Assembly: GCA_963777605.1 (NCBI GenBank)
Contig: CAVZRV010000010.1
Span: forward strand, 480,001 to 544,000
Length of the DNA: 64,000 nt
Direction of reading: 5' to 3'
From: an uncultured Acidobacteriota bacterium
Lineage (GTDB): Bacteria > Acidobacteriota > UBA6911 > RPQK01 > JAPXNP01
The notes under the pieces were generated by a model, which did not search any database, had not been told where the DNA came from, and saw nothing but the letters and a program-made list of their open reading frames with translations. The translations under genes and the position numbers were made by a program. Shown one piece after another: positions 21,637-32,424 of this stretch (position 1 is the first letter of the stretch; each line of letters begins with the position of its first letter).

Positions 21637-21813
21637 GATTCTCTTCCCTTCCTGTGTTCCCCCGGCATCCTATGGAGACTGTCGGGCCGGGTCAATCGTC
21701 CAAACGATCCGACCGGGCGTCAACTTGATGGCAACCGGCTAAAAAGGTCAGAATCGAATGGTTACGCCCCCGACTCGACTGCGGGGAATGAAAGAGTTGG
21801 TCAGCGGTTGTCG

Positions 21814-23088
21814 ATGCAATTTTCCAAACTCAAGCCCTTCCTCAAGGTCGGCCTCCGTGTCGGCCTGGCCTCAGCCGCTTCATTTCTGCTCCTCGAGGCA
21901 CTGCTGTTTACTTTTGAACCTCAGGTCTTCCGTAGGTCCTTCTACGTTTTCGACCCCGACCTGGGTTTCCGGGTACGTCCTTACGCCGTCTATGGCAACG
22001 ACCAGGCAAACCAGTACGGATTCAACGACCGTGACTATCCCGAAGAGCGGACACCGGGAACCTGCCGCATCCTTTTTCTGGGCGACTCCTTCAACTGGAT
22101 GGGCGGCCAAACCGAGAATTACACGGCAGTCCTCGAAGCCCTTTTCGAAAGCCGGTTTGGACCCGACCGGGTAGAGGTAATCAGTGCGGGCTATTCCATG
22201 ACCCACACGGGGGAGCAACTGGCCCTGTACCGCAAATTCGGGGCCCGTTACCATCCCGACCTGGTGGTTCTCGGTTTCTTCGCCGGGAACGACTTCTATG
22301 ATGCTCTTCCCAACCGGCGACGCATCGTCTTCGCGGGGGTCCCTACGGACGTCTTTCTGAACCGGGATTTCTACACAGTGGTTTTTGGCCGTCCCTTTCT
22401 CCTGCGCAGCCGCGTGCTCAACTTCATCAAAGGGTTCACCGAGTACCAGGCGGCCTGGTGGGAACACCGGAAGGACCTGCTTGCTGCCGCCGGGCGAAGG
22501 TCGCAAGCCTCTCTGGACGACTTCCCCGAGATCGTCGACCGAAGCCCTGTCACCAGGCCCTCGACGTTCTCAACTCCATCTCCGGGCTACGCTGAGTCAC
22601 TTCGACTTCGCTTCGAGTTCTGCGACCCGAAACGGGAAGCCCAATATCGGGGTAACGTGGAATACATCGAGCGGGCCATCCGCGAGCTGGCGAGATTTGT
22701 TCATGAACACGGCAGCCGCTTTATTTTGTCGATTTTCCCCGATCGCGCCCAGATCAGCGGCCAATTACGCGACTTTGTGGCCCACTCGGAAGGCCGGGAC
22801 TCGTCGAGCTTCGATTGGAACCGCCCCCAGGAACTCCTGGCTGCGCTCTCCAGGAGAGGCGAAATCACCCGCTTCGACCTCACGGGGCCATTCCGACTTG
22901 CCCACGAACGTGGCTGGAGTCTGTATCTGTCGAACGACACTCACTGGAATCGCGAAGGAAACCGGCTTGCAGCGGAACTCTTTTACCTTAAATTGGAAGG
23001 ATGGGTAGACCAATTCCTGTCCCGCTCGAAGGGGACTTCACCCTCCGGGACCCCTGAATCCCGGACGACCTCAACGGAGGAACCATGA
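21814..23088 (+). CDS. Membrane-anchored SGNH/GDSL hydrolase (AlgX-like)
   Basis: N-terminal TM, ILFLGDSF (block I), FFAGND, DTHWN (DxH). Confidence 0.82.
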   Translation: MQFSKLKPFLKVGLRVGLASAASFLLLEALLFTFEPQVFRRSFYVFDPDLGFRVRPYAVYGNDQANQYGFNDRDYPEERTPGTCRILFLGDSFNWMGGQTENYTAVLEALFESRFGPDRVEVISAGYSMTHTGEQLALYRKFGARYHPDLVVLGFFAGNDFYDALPNRRRIVFAGVPTDVFLNRDFYTVVFGRPFLLRSRVLNFIKGFTEYQAAWWEHRKDLLAAAGRRSQASLDDFPEIVDRSPVTRPSTFSTPSPGYAESLRLRFEFCDPKREAQYRGNVEYIERAIRELARFVHEHGSRFILSIFPDRAQISGQLRDFVAHSEGRDSSSFDWNRPQELLAALSRRGEITRFDLTGPFRLAHERGWSLYLSNDTHWNREGNRLAAELFYLKLEGWVDQFLSRSKGTSPSGTPESRTTSTEEP

Positions 23089-24185
23089 TGAGGAAACGAC
23101 GCCTCTGGATGACGATTGTTCTGTTACTTGCCTGCTCCTGCGTTGCCCCTGCTTTCGGGGCTGCTCCCCTGCGTCTCGCCGTAGCCGGACTCAAGCACGG
23201 GCACGTTCACGGACTGCTCTCGAGGATATCCGAACTGCCCGTTGAAATCGTCGGGATCTACGAACCCGACGCGGAACTCCGGACCCAAGCCTCAAAGCGG
23301 TACGACCTTCCGGAAAAGCTCTTCTTCGACGACCTCCTCAGCCTTCTCGACGAGACTCACCCCGAGGCGGTTGCGGCATTCAACCCGATCGCCCGGCACG
23401 TCGATATCGTCGAAGCGTGCGCGCCGAGGGGCATCGACGTCATGGTCGAAAAGCCACTCGCGTTTTCGGCCAGTGATGCTGCCCGGATTCAATTTCTGGC
23501 AAAGACCAATGGGATCCAGGTGCTGACCAACTACGAGACCACCTGGTACGCGACCACCGCAGAGATCGATCGCCGGGTTCGCGAGCAGCAGGAACTCGGC
23601 ACGCTGCGCAAAATCGTCGTTCACGACGGCCACCAGGGGCCGCAGGAGATCGGCGTCGGCCCAGAGTTTCTCTCCTGGCTGACCGACCCGGCGCTGAACG
23701 GCGCGGGCGCACTGGTTGATTTTGGGTGCTACGGAGTCGATCTCACGCTCTGGCTGCTCAACGGGCGTCTTCCCAGCACGGTCACTGCGGTAACCCAGCA
23801 ACTCAAGCCTGAGATCTATCCGCTGGTTGACGACGAAGCTACCATCGTCCTCGCCTACCCCGAAACCCAGGCAATCCTGCAGGCGTCATGGAACTGGCCG
23901 TTCAACCGGAAAGACATCGAGATCTACGGCACCAAAGGCTACCTGTCAGCCCTCGACGGCCGGCAAATGAGCGCCCGTCTCGGCGACGACAACCAACCCC
24001 TCAACTACCGGGTTACCCTGGCGCCCTTCTCCAACCCGTTCGAGTACCTGCGGGCTGTCGTGGCGGGTGAGGTCAAGGTCTCGCCAAACGACCTCTCATC
24101 CCTCGAGTTGAATGTATCGGTGGCACGAATCCTCGATGCCGCCATTCGCTCGGCGCGGGAAGGTAAAACCGTGAAACTGGAGTGA
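23085..24185 (+). CDS. Secreted Gfo/Idh/MocA-family oxidoreductase
   Basis: Signal peptide, AGLKHGH, VEKPLA, GAGALVDFGCYG; ATGA overlap with the upstream gene. Confidence 0.9.
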   Translation: MMRKRRLWMTIVLLLACSCVAPAFGAAPLRLAVAGLKHGHVHGLLSRISELPVEIVGIYEPDAELRTQASKRYDLPEKLFFDDLLSLLDETHPEAVAAFNPIARHVDIVEACAPRGIDVMVEKPLAFSASDAARIQFLAKTNGIQVLTNYETTWYATTAEIDRRVREQQELGTLRKIVVHDGHQGPQEIGVGPEFLSWLTDPALNGAGALVDFGCYGVDLTLWLLNGRLPSTVTAVTQQLKPEIYPLVDDEATIVLAYPETQAILQASWNWPFNRKDIEIYGTKGYLSALDGRQMSARLGDDNQPLNYRVTLAPFSNPFEYLRAVVAGEVKVSPNDLSSLELNVSVARILDAAIRSAREGKTVKLE

Positions 24186-24211
24186 GGGTCAGGTGGTGAG
24201 GAAGAGGAAGA

Positions 24212-24300
24212 ATAGGATGTATGGGACATGGGACTCGTGAAATTCCGCCGAGCAATAGGTTCCATGTCCTATGAAGTCCTTTTTCCCATGCGTCCCATAG
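24212..24300. repeat. Imperfect inverted repeat made of short ATGGGAC/GTCCCAT units between convergent genes
   Basis: ATAGGATGTATGGGACATGGGAC (24212-24234) is complementary to TTCCATGTCCTAT (24260-24272) and TCCCATGCGTCCCATAG (24284-24300). Confidence 0.5.
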
Positions 24301-24312
24301 CCCCTTGTCCTG

Positions 24313-24687
24313 CTACCGGCCTTGCAGTTCCATTCGCGTGTGCTTCGAGGCTTCCGCCGCCCGGTAGCGGAACCGCACTTTTTTCAGCCCCCGGCGAAGC
24401 GGGACAGGCGGCATGTCGCGGTCCGCGGGTACCAGCCCAAAGAACCCAACGTGCTGAGACCTTCCGTCTCGATACTCGAGAATCCACTCCTCAATGACGA
24501 TCGCGCCACCAACGGCCCGGATGCGGATGGCCTGGTAGTTATCGTCCCTGCCGACCGAAAAGGAGTCTCTCTCCGGCGACCGGTTGACTTTCTGCAGACC
24601 GATCCGTTCCCATTGCTTCTCGACTGCCTGCCCAAACGCGAGACCAAAAAACAGCAGCAGAACCGAGAACTTCAGAAATCTCAACAT
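24313..24687 (-). CDS. Small secreted hypothetical protein (beta-sandwich, DUF2541-like)
   Basis: Signal peptide MLRFLKFSVLLLFFGLAFG; W..IG...V....ERD pattern. Confidence 0.6.
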   Translation of the reverse strand: MLRFLKFSVLLLFFGLAFGQAVEKQWERIGLQKVNRSPERDSFSVGRDDNYQAIRIRAVGGAIVIEEWILEYRDGRSQHVGFFGLVPADRDMPPVPLRRGLKKVRFRYRAAEASKHTRMELQGR

Positions 24688-25052
24688 ACGATAGCCCCCA
24701 TGCATGATCTCTGTCTCACATGCGTCGCGGGAATCATATCAACCGCCCCGGACGGGGTTTGTGATCTCAACCGCCATTTCCCCACCATCCGACCAGGAAT
24801 TGGCAAGGCATCGGTTCGATGCCCTCCCCTCGGACGCGGTGGAACTCGGGTGATCCATCCCCTCAAACAGCGGTGCGCCGACTCAAATCGGAGCGAGCAA
24901 CAAACGGCTGGACAGTCGCGGAAAAATCCGTAGAGTTATCGGGGACAGCGCCCGTTTTGGGTCCAGGTGAAGCTGGAGTTGGACCCTCCGACGGATCAAT
25001 CGATCATGAAGCCGGCAGGAGTTTCGCGGCTCCTGCACCAGGAAAGGACCAG

Positions 25053-25802
25053 ATGGACACTTACCTTGCCGAGTTTGCGGGAACGATGTTGTTGATTATC
25101 CTCGGGGACGGCGCCGTCGCCAACGTCTGCCTGGCTCGATCGAAGGGCAAGGACTCCGGGTGGATCGTGATTACCACAGGGTGGGGGTTGGCTGTGGCCC
25201 TCGCGGTTTACTCGGTTGGCCGAATCAGTGGAGCCCACATCAACCCGGCGGTCACGATTTCCCTGGCCGCGATCGGATCGTTTCCCTGGGGCGAAGTCCC
25301 TGCATACATTCTTTCCCAACTGCTGGGAGCGATGGCCGGGGCAGCGGTCGTCTGGCTTGCGTACCTTCCCCACTGGGGAGTGACTGACGATAGCGACGCG
25401 AAGCTCGGCATATTCTCGACCATCCCGGCCATCCGCAGTACGGGCGCCAATTTCCTGTCTGAGTTCATCGGGACGGCCGTCCTGCTATTCGGCATTCTGG
25501 CAATCGGAGACAACGTGCAGGCGCTCACTTCCCCCGAGAATTTCGACCTCTCGGTCGTCTACAGCGGAGCGATCCAGCCTCTGATCGTCGGGTTCCTGGT
25601 CTGGGGGATCGGCCTCAGCCTCGGCGGTCCCACCGGGTATGCCATCAACCCGGCTCGCGACCTCGGTCCCCGGATCATGCACGCCCTCCTGCCGATTCCC
25701 GGAAAACGTGATTCCGATTGGGGCTACTCCTGGATTCCGGTCCTCGCACCGGTGCTCGGGGGAATCACGGGAGCACTCCTCTATGCCCTGATCGGATTCT
25801 GA
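25053..25802 (+). CDS. glpF: Glycerol uptake facilitator (MIP/aquaglyceroporin)
   Basis: SGAHINPAVT and GYAINPARDLGPR (NPA...D of aquaglyceroporins); directly upstream of glpK. Confidence 0.93.
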   Translation: MDTYLAEFAGTMLLIILGDGAVANVCLARSKGKDSGWIVITTGWGLAVALAVYSVGRISGAHINPAVTISLAAIGSFPWGEVPAYILSQLLGAMAGAAVVWLAYLPHWGVTDDSDAKLGIFSTIPAIRSTGANFLSEFIGTAVLLFGILAIGDNVQALTSPENFDLSVVYSGAIQPLIVGFLVWGIGLSLGGPTGYAINPARDLGPRIMHALLPIPGKRDSDWGYSWIPVLAPVLGGITGALLYALIGF

Positions 25803-25882
25803 GCTGACCCATTTTTACGAAATCAGACGGGAAAGACGCCCGCACGTTTGAAAATCGGTCCCCAACCGCCGAAAATCACATC

Positions 25883-27382
25883 ATGGCTGACTTCATTGGA
25901 GCAATCGATCAGGGAACAACCAGTACACGATTCATGATATTCGATGACTCGGGAGCGGAGGTCTCGCGAGCCCAGAAAGAGCACCGGCAGATCATGCCCC
26001 AGGCCGGCTGGGTCGAACACGATCCTGTCGAGATCATCGACCGGACCCGGGAGGTCGTCGCTGAATCGATCGCAGCCGCGGGAATCCAGGCCCGGGAAAT
26101 CCGTGCCATCGGCCTCACAAACCAGCGGGAAACGACCGTCCTCTGGAACCCGAAGTCAGGGGCTCCGTGGAGCAACGCAATCGTCTGGCAGGACACCAGA
26201 AACGCCGACATGATCAACCGTGTGGCAGCCACTCCGGGCGCCGACCTGATTCGAAGCCGGACGGGGCTGGTCCCGGCGACCTACTTTTCGGCGGGCAAAA
26301 TCCGCTGGCTCATGGAACAGAATCCCGCTTTGGCCGAAGCCGCCTCGGCCGGGGAACTGGTTTTCGGAAATATCGACTCGTGGCTGCTCTGGAACCTCAC
26401 CGGGGGTCCCGACGGCGGAGTTCATGCGACCGACGTGACCAATGCCAGCCGAACCATGCTGATGGACCTGGAGACCCTCGACTGGGATGACGAACTGCTT
26501 GAACTCTTCCAGATACCGCGTGAGATTCTTCCCCGGATTCAGCCATCTTCGACGTTCTACGGGGAAACCCGTGGCGACTTGATGCCCGCAGGAGTCCCGG
26601 TTGCAGGGATCCTGGGAGACCAGCAGGCCGCCACTGTCGGCCAGGTATGTTTCACCCCGGGCGAGGCCAAGAACACCTACGGGACGGGAAACTTCATGCT
26701 TCTTAACCTGGGGAAAAAGCCGGTCGCCTCTGGTTCCGGCCTCCTGACGACGGTCTGCTACCAGTGGGCAAACCAGGATCCCGTATACGCGTTCGAGGGT
26801 TCGATCGCGGTAACCGGCTCGGCCGTACAGTGGCTCCGAGACCAGATCGGGCTGATCGGATCCGCGGCGGAGATCGAAACCCTGGCAAACTCGGTTCCCG
26901 ACAATGGGGGGATCTACTTCGTTCCCGCCTTCTCGGGCCTGTTCGCGCCCTATTGGCGTTCGGATGCCCGAGGCGCCATCGTCGGACTTTCCCGCTTCGT
27001 CAACCGGGGCCACATCGCCCGGGCCACCCTCGAAGCGATCTGCTTCCAGACGCGGGACGTCGTCGAGGCCATGCGGGAAGACGCCGGCCTGGACCTCGAA
27101 GTGATCCGCGTGGACGGCGGCGCCGTTGCCAACAACACCCTGATGCAACTTCAGGCCGACATTCTGGGCGTTTCGGTGGTCCGCCCCCGGATCTCGGAAA
27201 CCACGTCGCTCGGGGCGGCCTACGCCGCTGGGATGGCCGTTGGCGTCTGGAAGGACACCGACGAACTCCGCCATAAGTGGCAGAAAGACCGGCAGTGGGA
27301 TCCCCAATGGAGTAAAGACCTCCGCGACGAGCGGTACCAGGGATGGAAGAAGGCCATCAAACGCACCCTCGACTGGGTATAG
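25883..27382 (+). CDS. glpK: Glycerol kinase
   Basis: [50 protein letters not shown]. Confidence 0.97.
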   Translation: MADFIGAIDQGTTSTRFMIFDDSGAEVSRAQKEHRQIMPQAGWVEHDPVEIIDRTREVVAESIAAAGIQAREIRAIGLTNQRETTVLWNPKSGAPWSNAIVWQDTRNADMINRVAATPGADLIRSRTGLVPATYFSAGKIRWLMEQNPALAEAASAGELVFGNIDSWLLWNLTGGPDGGVHATDVTNASRTMLMDLETLDWDDELLELFQIPREILPRIQPSSTFYGETRGDLMPAGVPVAGILGDQQAATVGQVCFTPGEAKNTYGTGNFMLLNLGKKPVASGSGLLTTVCYQWANQDPVYAFEGSIAVTGSAVQWLRDQIGLIGSAAEIETLANSVPDNGGIYFVPAFSGLFAPYWRSDARGAIVGLSRFVNRGHIARATLEAICFQTRDVVEAMREDAGLDLEVIRVDGGAVANNTLMQLQADILGVSVVRPRISETTSLGAAYAAGMAVGVWKDTDELRHKWQKDRQWDPQWSKDLRDERYQGWKKAIKRTLDWV

Positions 27383-27383
27383 G

Positions 27384-28944
27384 TCACCTCAGCTGGTACC
27401 GCGCAGCAAAGCGGCTGAATTCCTGGAGCTGATTCTCTTCCCATGCCTTGTCCTGACCCAGTTCCCGAGCCAGCAGTCGAGCCGCTGCCGGCGCCGCTTC
27501 TTCGCTGGCTTTGGCGTCGAGCAGGATGGCGCGGGTTCGCCGGGCCATGATGTCTTCCAGGGTCCGGGCCGATTCCTGCCGGGCACCCCAGACCACCGAC
27601 ACCTTCCGATAGGGCAACCGGGCATGCAGTGGTTCTCCAAGTTCCGGGTCCTCTTCGACCAGGCGCTCGAGGGCCGGGCGATCGCTCCCGTAGCACCGCT
27701 CAATCCCGCCGTCCGGGCTTGAATCCGCACCGTGGATCTTCATTTCGGCGGTCACCGAACGGGAGGGGGCCAGCGGTCCGATTTCGATCGCCCGTTCAAC
27801 GGCGTCCTGCGCCATCTTCCGATACGTCGTCCACTTTCCACCCAGAACCGAGATCATCCGCTTTCCCAGGACTTCGACAACATGGTCGCGGGAAAGAACA
27901 GAGGTGCGTTCGCCGCCTCCTTCGCCGTGTCCGACCAGGGGCCGCAGACCGGCGAAGACACTCAGGACATCACTGCGACTGGGCTGCATCTCCAGGTATC
28001 GCCCGACATGGGCCAGGATGAAATCCACTTCTTCGGCCGAGGGAGCCGGCTCCAGTTCGACATCCGTTACCGGGACATCGGTGGTTCCCACCACCACCCG
28101 ATCGTGCCAGGGAATGGCAAACAGGACTCTCCCGTCATCGGTCTTGGGGACCAGCAGCGCGGTCTCTCCTGGAAGAAATCGCCTGTCGAGCACGACGTGC
28201 GATCCGCGGCTGGCCGATATTCTCGGTCGAGCGGAGGGATCGGCCATGTGACGCAGGTGATCTGCGAACGCTCCAGTTGCATTGATCACGATTCGGGACC
28301 GGATCTCGAGTTGGGCGCCCGAAAGCCGATCCTCGACGGCGACGCCCCGGACTTCACCCCTCTCCACGAGCAACTCGCGAACGGCGCAGTAGTTGAGACC
28401 CGGTACCTCCCTGCTCTTCGAGAGTCTGAAGGAGAGAAATTCCCAACCGCGCATCGTCGAATTGGCCGTCGTAGAACAGGACTCCGCCACGAAGCCGCGA
28501 TTTTCGGACCGTCGCGAGGCGCTCGACGACGCCGCCGGCACCAAGAATCCGGGTCTTTCCAAGTCCAAGTTTCCCGGACAGGAAATCGTACGCTTTGAGC
28601 CCGATCCCGTAGTAGCCGAGCTGCCATCGGCGGTAGGTGGGGACCACCATCGGGAGCCGCTGGGCAAGGTGAGGGGCATTGCGGAGCAGCAGGCCCCTCT
28701 CGTGAAGTGCGTCTCTGACCAGGGAAACGTTACCCTGGGCCAGGTAGCGAACTCCTCCATGAACCAGCTTCGTGCTTCGGCTGGATGTTCCCTTGCAGAA
28801 ATCGTGTTGTTCAAAAAGGACCGTGCGATAGCCTCGAGAGGCTGCCTCGACGGCGACTCCAAGTCCGGTAGCACCACCCCCAACGACCACGATGTCGACC
28901 TCCGGGGCAGCGGATAATCGACCGAGTGACTCATCTCTCCACAA
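27384..28944 (-). CDS. glpD: FAD-dependent glycerol-3-phosphate dehydrogenase (apparent +1 frameshift near 28400)
   Basis: GGGATG, GTSSRSTKLVHGGVRYL, YDGQFDDARL in one frame; LNY, INATG, RGSH, FAGLRPL, GGKWTTYRKMA, ARRTR in the next frame. Confidence 0.92.
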
Positions 28945-28971
28945 TATTCACCCTCTTCCCGCGGCGAACCG

Positions 28972-29519
28972 CTACTCCGACCGGGAGCGGTCCGCGAAAA
29001 GGCTTCTAAATTTACTTCAGCTTCGGAGCAACCACAACCTGGCAATACGGCTGCGATTGATTATCCCGAAAGTAGTTCTGATGGTAGTCCTCGGCAGGAT
29101 AGAAAACTTGAAGAGGAACCACCTCGGTAACAATCGGGCCCGAATAGACACCTTGCGTCTTTAGCTTCTCAATGACCTCCCGCGCGGTCTGCTCCTGCTC
29201 TTCGTCGTGGCAGAGGATGATCGATCGATACTGGGTCCCCACATCCGCTCCCTGACGATTCAGCGTCGTGGGATCATGGATCGCAAAGAACACCTCGAGC
29301 AGGCTCCGAAAACTCACTTCATCCGGGTTGAATGTTATCTGAACCACCTCCGCATGTCCTGTTAATCCCGAGCAAACTTCCCGGTAGGCAGGGTTTTTGA
29401 CCCGACCTCCGGCATAGCCTGAGACCACCTTCTCAACGCCGCTCAGTTCCTGAAATACCGCTTCGAGGCACCAAAAGCAACCTCCACCGATACGTTGCGA
29501 GTGAGTTAGACATCGTCAT
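28972..29519 (-). CDS. msrA: Peptide methionine sulfoxide reductase A (two apparent +1 frameshifts, near 29492 and 29017)
   Basis: GGGCFWCLE active-site motif just upstream of the track ORF, then GYAGG, TGHAEVV, HDPT..NRQGADVGTQYRS, AEDYHQNY, PYC. Confidence 0.92.
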
Positions 29520-29662
29520 AGTGATTCGAATTATATAGGGACACAGGAGGTCAAACGGGCATCGGCCTGATCGCCGTTCAGGCTCTGGTGCAAGAACTCG
29601 AAGAAGCGGTTGCCGCCGCTCGAGAACCCTGATTTCTCCTCTGATTTTCCAGTCGGTTTGTC

Positions 29663-29668
29663 TATAAT
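29663..29668 (+). promoter_or_regulatory. Candidate sigma70 -10 element upstream of the SSS transporter
   Basis: Perfect TATAAT in a GC-rich genome about 50 nt before ATG 29716; no convincing -35. Confidence 0.3.
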
Positions 29669-29715
29669 TCCCAAGATTCGGGATTCAACGTTCGGTTCGA
29701 CTGAGGGGTGGAGAG

Positions 29716-31338
29716 ATGAATTCGTTCCATGCGCTCGACTGGATGATCATTGCGATCTACTTCGCTGCAATCGGGGCAATCGCCTGGTGGGTGGTCAGGC
29801 GGGGCCAGAAGGATACTGCCGACTATTTTCTTGCCAGCCGGCACATGGGCTGGTACGTAATCGGCGCTTCGATCTTCGCCTCCAATATCGGTTCGGAACA
29901 CATCGTGGGACTTGCCAGTACCGGGGCCAACAGCGGGGTCGCCCTGGCCCATTACGAATTGCATTCGTGGGCCGTTCTCCTCCTGGGCTGGGTTTTCGTT
30001 CCCTTCTACTTGCGCAGCCGGGTATTCACCATGCCGGAGTTCCTCGAACTTCGCTACTCTCCGCAGGCCCGATGGTTTCTCTCAGTGATTTCTCTGGTCG
30101 CCTACGTCCTGACCAAAGTCTCCGTGACCGTCTACGCGGGAGCGGTGGTCTTTGAGACCCTGATGGGGATCGATTTCTGGACCGGCGCTCTCATCGTTGT
30201 CATCGTGACCGGTCTCTACACCGCATTTGGGGGACTGCGAGCGGTTGTTTACACCGACACCATGCACACGGCCGTTCTGCTGGTCGGCTCGATCACCGTC
30301 GCTGCCATGGGACTGATCAAGATTGGCGGATGGGGAAAGGTCGTGTCCATCGTCGGAGCGGAGAAGCTCAACATGTTCCCGCCGCTTGGCTCGGAGTTTC
30401 CCTGGCTCGGCCTTGTGCTGGCATCTCCGATTGTCGGCATCTGGTACTGGTGTACTGATCAGTGCATCGTTCAGCGGACGCTGGCCGCGAAAGACGAAAC
30501 CAACGCCCGCAGGGGCACGATCTGGGCTGCCTACCTGAAGCTGGCCCCCTTCTTCATCTTCATGATCCCCGGCATCATCGCCTATGCCCTAAAGAGCACC
30601 GGTCAACTTCAATACGATTCCCCCGATCAGGTCTTCCCAACCATGGTCAAGGCGCTCCTGCCGTTCGGCGTGCGGGGTCTCGTTGCGGGCGGTCTGCTGG
30701 CAGCGCTGATGAGTTCGCTGGCGGCCGTTTTCAACGGGTGTTCCACCCTGTTTACGATGGACATCTACAAGAAACTGCACCCCACCGCTACCGAGGCAAC
30801 CCTGGTTCGGGTCGGCCGCATCGCCACGATCGTGGTGGTGGGACTCGGCATTCTCTGGATTCCGATCCTTCGCAACTTCTCAGCTTCTCTCTACCAGTAC
30901 CTTCAGAACGTCCAGGCCTACATCGCTCCCCCGATCACCGCCGTCTTTCTGCTCGGCCTCTTCTGGAAACGAATCAACGGAAAAGGGGCCCTCACCGCGC
31001 TGATCGGCGGGTTTGCAGTGGGCATGACCAAGTTGACGGTCGAAGTCTTCCGGGACTCGACGACCGGCATCGTGAAGTGGCTCGCGGAAGTGAACTTCCT
31101 CTACTTTGCACCTCTTCTTTTTGCATTTTCGGTTGCCGTGATGGTGGTTGTGAGCCTCCTCTCGGCGGCACCTCCCGAAGGAAAACTCGCCGGTCTGACG
31201 TACTCGACGACCGTGGCGGAAGACAGGCAGCGCTCCCGTGCGAGTTGGGGAAAGACCGAGGTCATCCACACAATCATCATCCTGACGATCATCGCCATGG
31301 TAATGCTCTACTTCTCTCCGCTGGGGGTTGGCGGGTAG
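29716..31338 (+). CDS. Sodium:solute symporter, SGLT/sugar-type
   Basis: FASNIGSEH, FTMPEFLE.RY, GGLRAVVYTD, WYWCTDQ.IVQR, ALMSSL. Confidence 0.93.
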   Translation: MNSFHALDWMIIAIYFAAIGAIAWWVVRRGQKDTADYFLASRHMGWYVIGASIFASNIGSEHIVGLASTGANSGVALAHYELHSWAVLLLGWVFVPFYLRSRVFTMPEFLELRYSPQARWFLSVISLVAYVLTKVSVTVYAGAVVFETLMGIDFWTGALIVVIVTGLYTAFGGLRAVVYTDTMHTAVLLVGSITVAAMGLIKIGGWGKVVSIVGAEKLNMFPPLGSEFPWLGLVLASPIVGIWYWCTDQCIVQRTLAAKDETNARRGTIWAAYLKLAPFFIFMIPGIIAYALKSTGQLQYDSPDQVFPTMVKALLPFGVRGLVAGGLLAALMSSLAAVFNGCSTLFTMDIYKKLHPTATEATLVRVGRIATIVVVGLGILWIPILRNFSASLYQYLQNVQAYIAPPITAVFLLGLFWKRINGKGALTALIGGFAVGMTKLTVEVFRDSTTGIVKWLAEVNFLYFAPLLFAFSVAVMVVVSLLSAAPPEGKLAGLTYSTTVAEDRQRSRASWGKTEVIHTIIILTIIAMVMLYFSPLGVGG

Positions 31339-31436
31339 AAACCGAGACTCCTTTCAGACCCCGCGCGTACACTGGAATATGCGGAACGGCTCCCCTTCAC
31401 TGAGGGGACATGGGGGGGCTAATCGCGGGTGGCACA

Positions 31437-31640
31437 ATGAAACGAATGTTGCTGCTTCTGGCCGGCCTAATCGCGGGTTCGCCGATTGCCGATGTGCTCT
31501 CCAACCTGGTCCAGGCATCGGGTGACCAGGTGGGTGGATACATCATCCTTCGCTCGAGCAGTTCTTTCTGTGCCCAGGAACTGTTTGGGACCCAAAGCCT
31601 CAGCCTGCTTTCGGCTGTACCGGCCGTCCCTCTCAATTGA
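31437..31640 (+). pseudogene. Probable internally deleted remnant of a secreted beta-repeat protein (signal peptide joined to a C-terminal repeat fragment)
   Basis: MKRMLLLLAG leader followed by QVGGYIILRS....AQELFG...LSAV, which matches QVGGHIRVRS....AFALFG...LSAI in the 44604-47489 protein. Confidence 0.55.
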
Positions 31641-31644
31641 TTCT

Positions 31645-32424
31645 TCAGGCGCTGGTTCCAGTGGCGTCATAGCGCCTCTCGAGCGATTCGAGGTATTGGC
31701 TCTCACCGCCCAGAACATCCATTGTGCGGTTGACGAGATCATCCAACAGCGTTCGCTCCGCCCGCAGGTCGTCGGCACCGGAAGATTCCGTCCCAGTTCC
31801 AGCGTTCTCTCCGCGCCGCCAGATCCGCGTAAGCACGGCAGCCGCCCGCTTCAATATCGCGGTGTGCATCTGGAATACGCCCGAGAATATCCCCCAGATT
31901 GGAGAGCGATTCGTTTCCCTGAGGACCATCCGCATCCGCGCCCTTATGTGACGCGCCCGGGCGTCGGGAATAACCGGGTCCTGTTCGACGGATCTCAGCG
32001 CGTAGCGCAGAAGATAGCCCTCATGAAAGGCCCTGGAAGCCCAGTCGGCGGCTTGCTTGGCGGCAAGGAAGAAGAGGATCTTTCGGAAGATCCCCTTGAG
32101 GAGAGCCCCCAGAAAGCGTATCGGCAGGATGACGGCGAGAAAGAAGAACTTGTAGAGGCATGCCCCCGCCTGCATCCCGTCCCGTTCACCGGCAAGAATG
32201 CGCAGCCCGGTACGGCTCGCTACTGCCCTCCGCTCTCGCAGGAGTTCCACGAACATGCGTCGCCGGACCCAGTTGAATATCCAGTCATCCAGAAGCGGAA
32301 TCGGAACCAGGGCGGCAGCACCTGCCAGGAGACCGTAGAATACGATCCTTTTGAGGCCGTCCTGGGACCGCCGCAAATCGGGTAATCTTCTATTTACGCT
32401 CGGAGTCGCGCTTCCATCATTCAC
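31645..32424 (-). CDS. Hypothetical membrane-associated protein (DUF697/EcsC-like), last gene of the ATP-grasp operon
   Basis: GLLAGAAALVPIPLLDD motif plus a second hydrophobic segment; GTGA start/stop overlap with the amidohydrolase at 32421-32424. Confidence 0.65.
   Translation of the reverse strand: MNDGSATPSVNRRLPDLRRSQDGLKRIVFYGLLAGAAALVPIPLLDDWIFNWVRRRMFVELLRERRAVASRTGLRILAGERDGMQAGACLYKFFFLAVILPIRFLGALLKGIFRKILFFLAAKQAADWASRAFHEGYLLRYALRSVEQDPVIPDARARHIRARMRMVLRETNRSPIWGIFSGVFQMHTAILKRAAAVLTRIWRRGENAGTGTESSGADDLRAERTLLDDLVNRTMDVLGGESQYLESLERRYDATGTSA

Noticed and set aside
21379-21813. Long N-terminal extensions in the ORF track (also 24819, 42776, 47678, 59365)
   Set aside because: The extensions overlap neighbouring genes or promoter regions and lack family similarity; downstream starts fit signal peptides or family N-termini.
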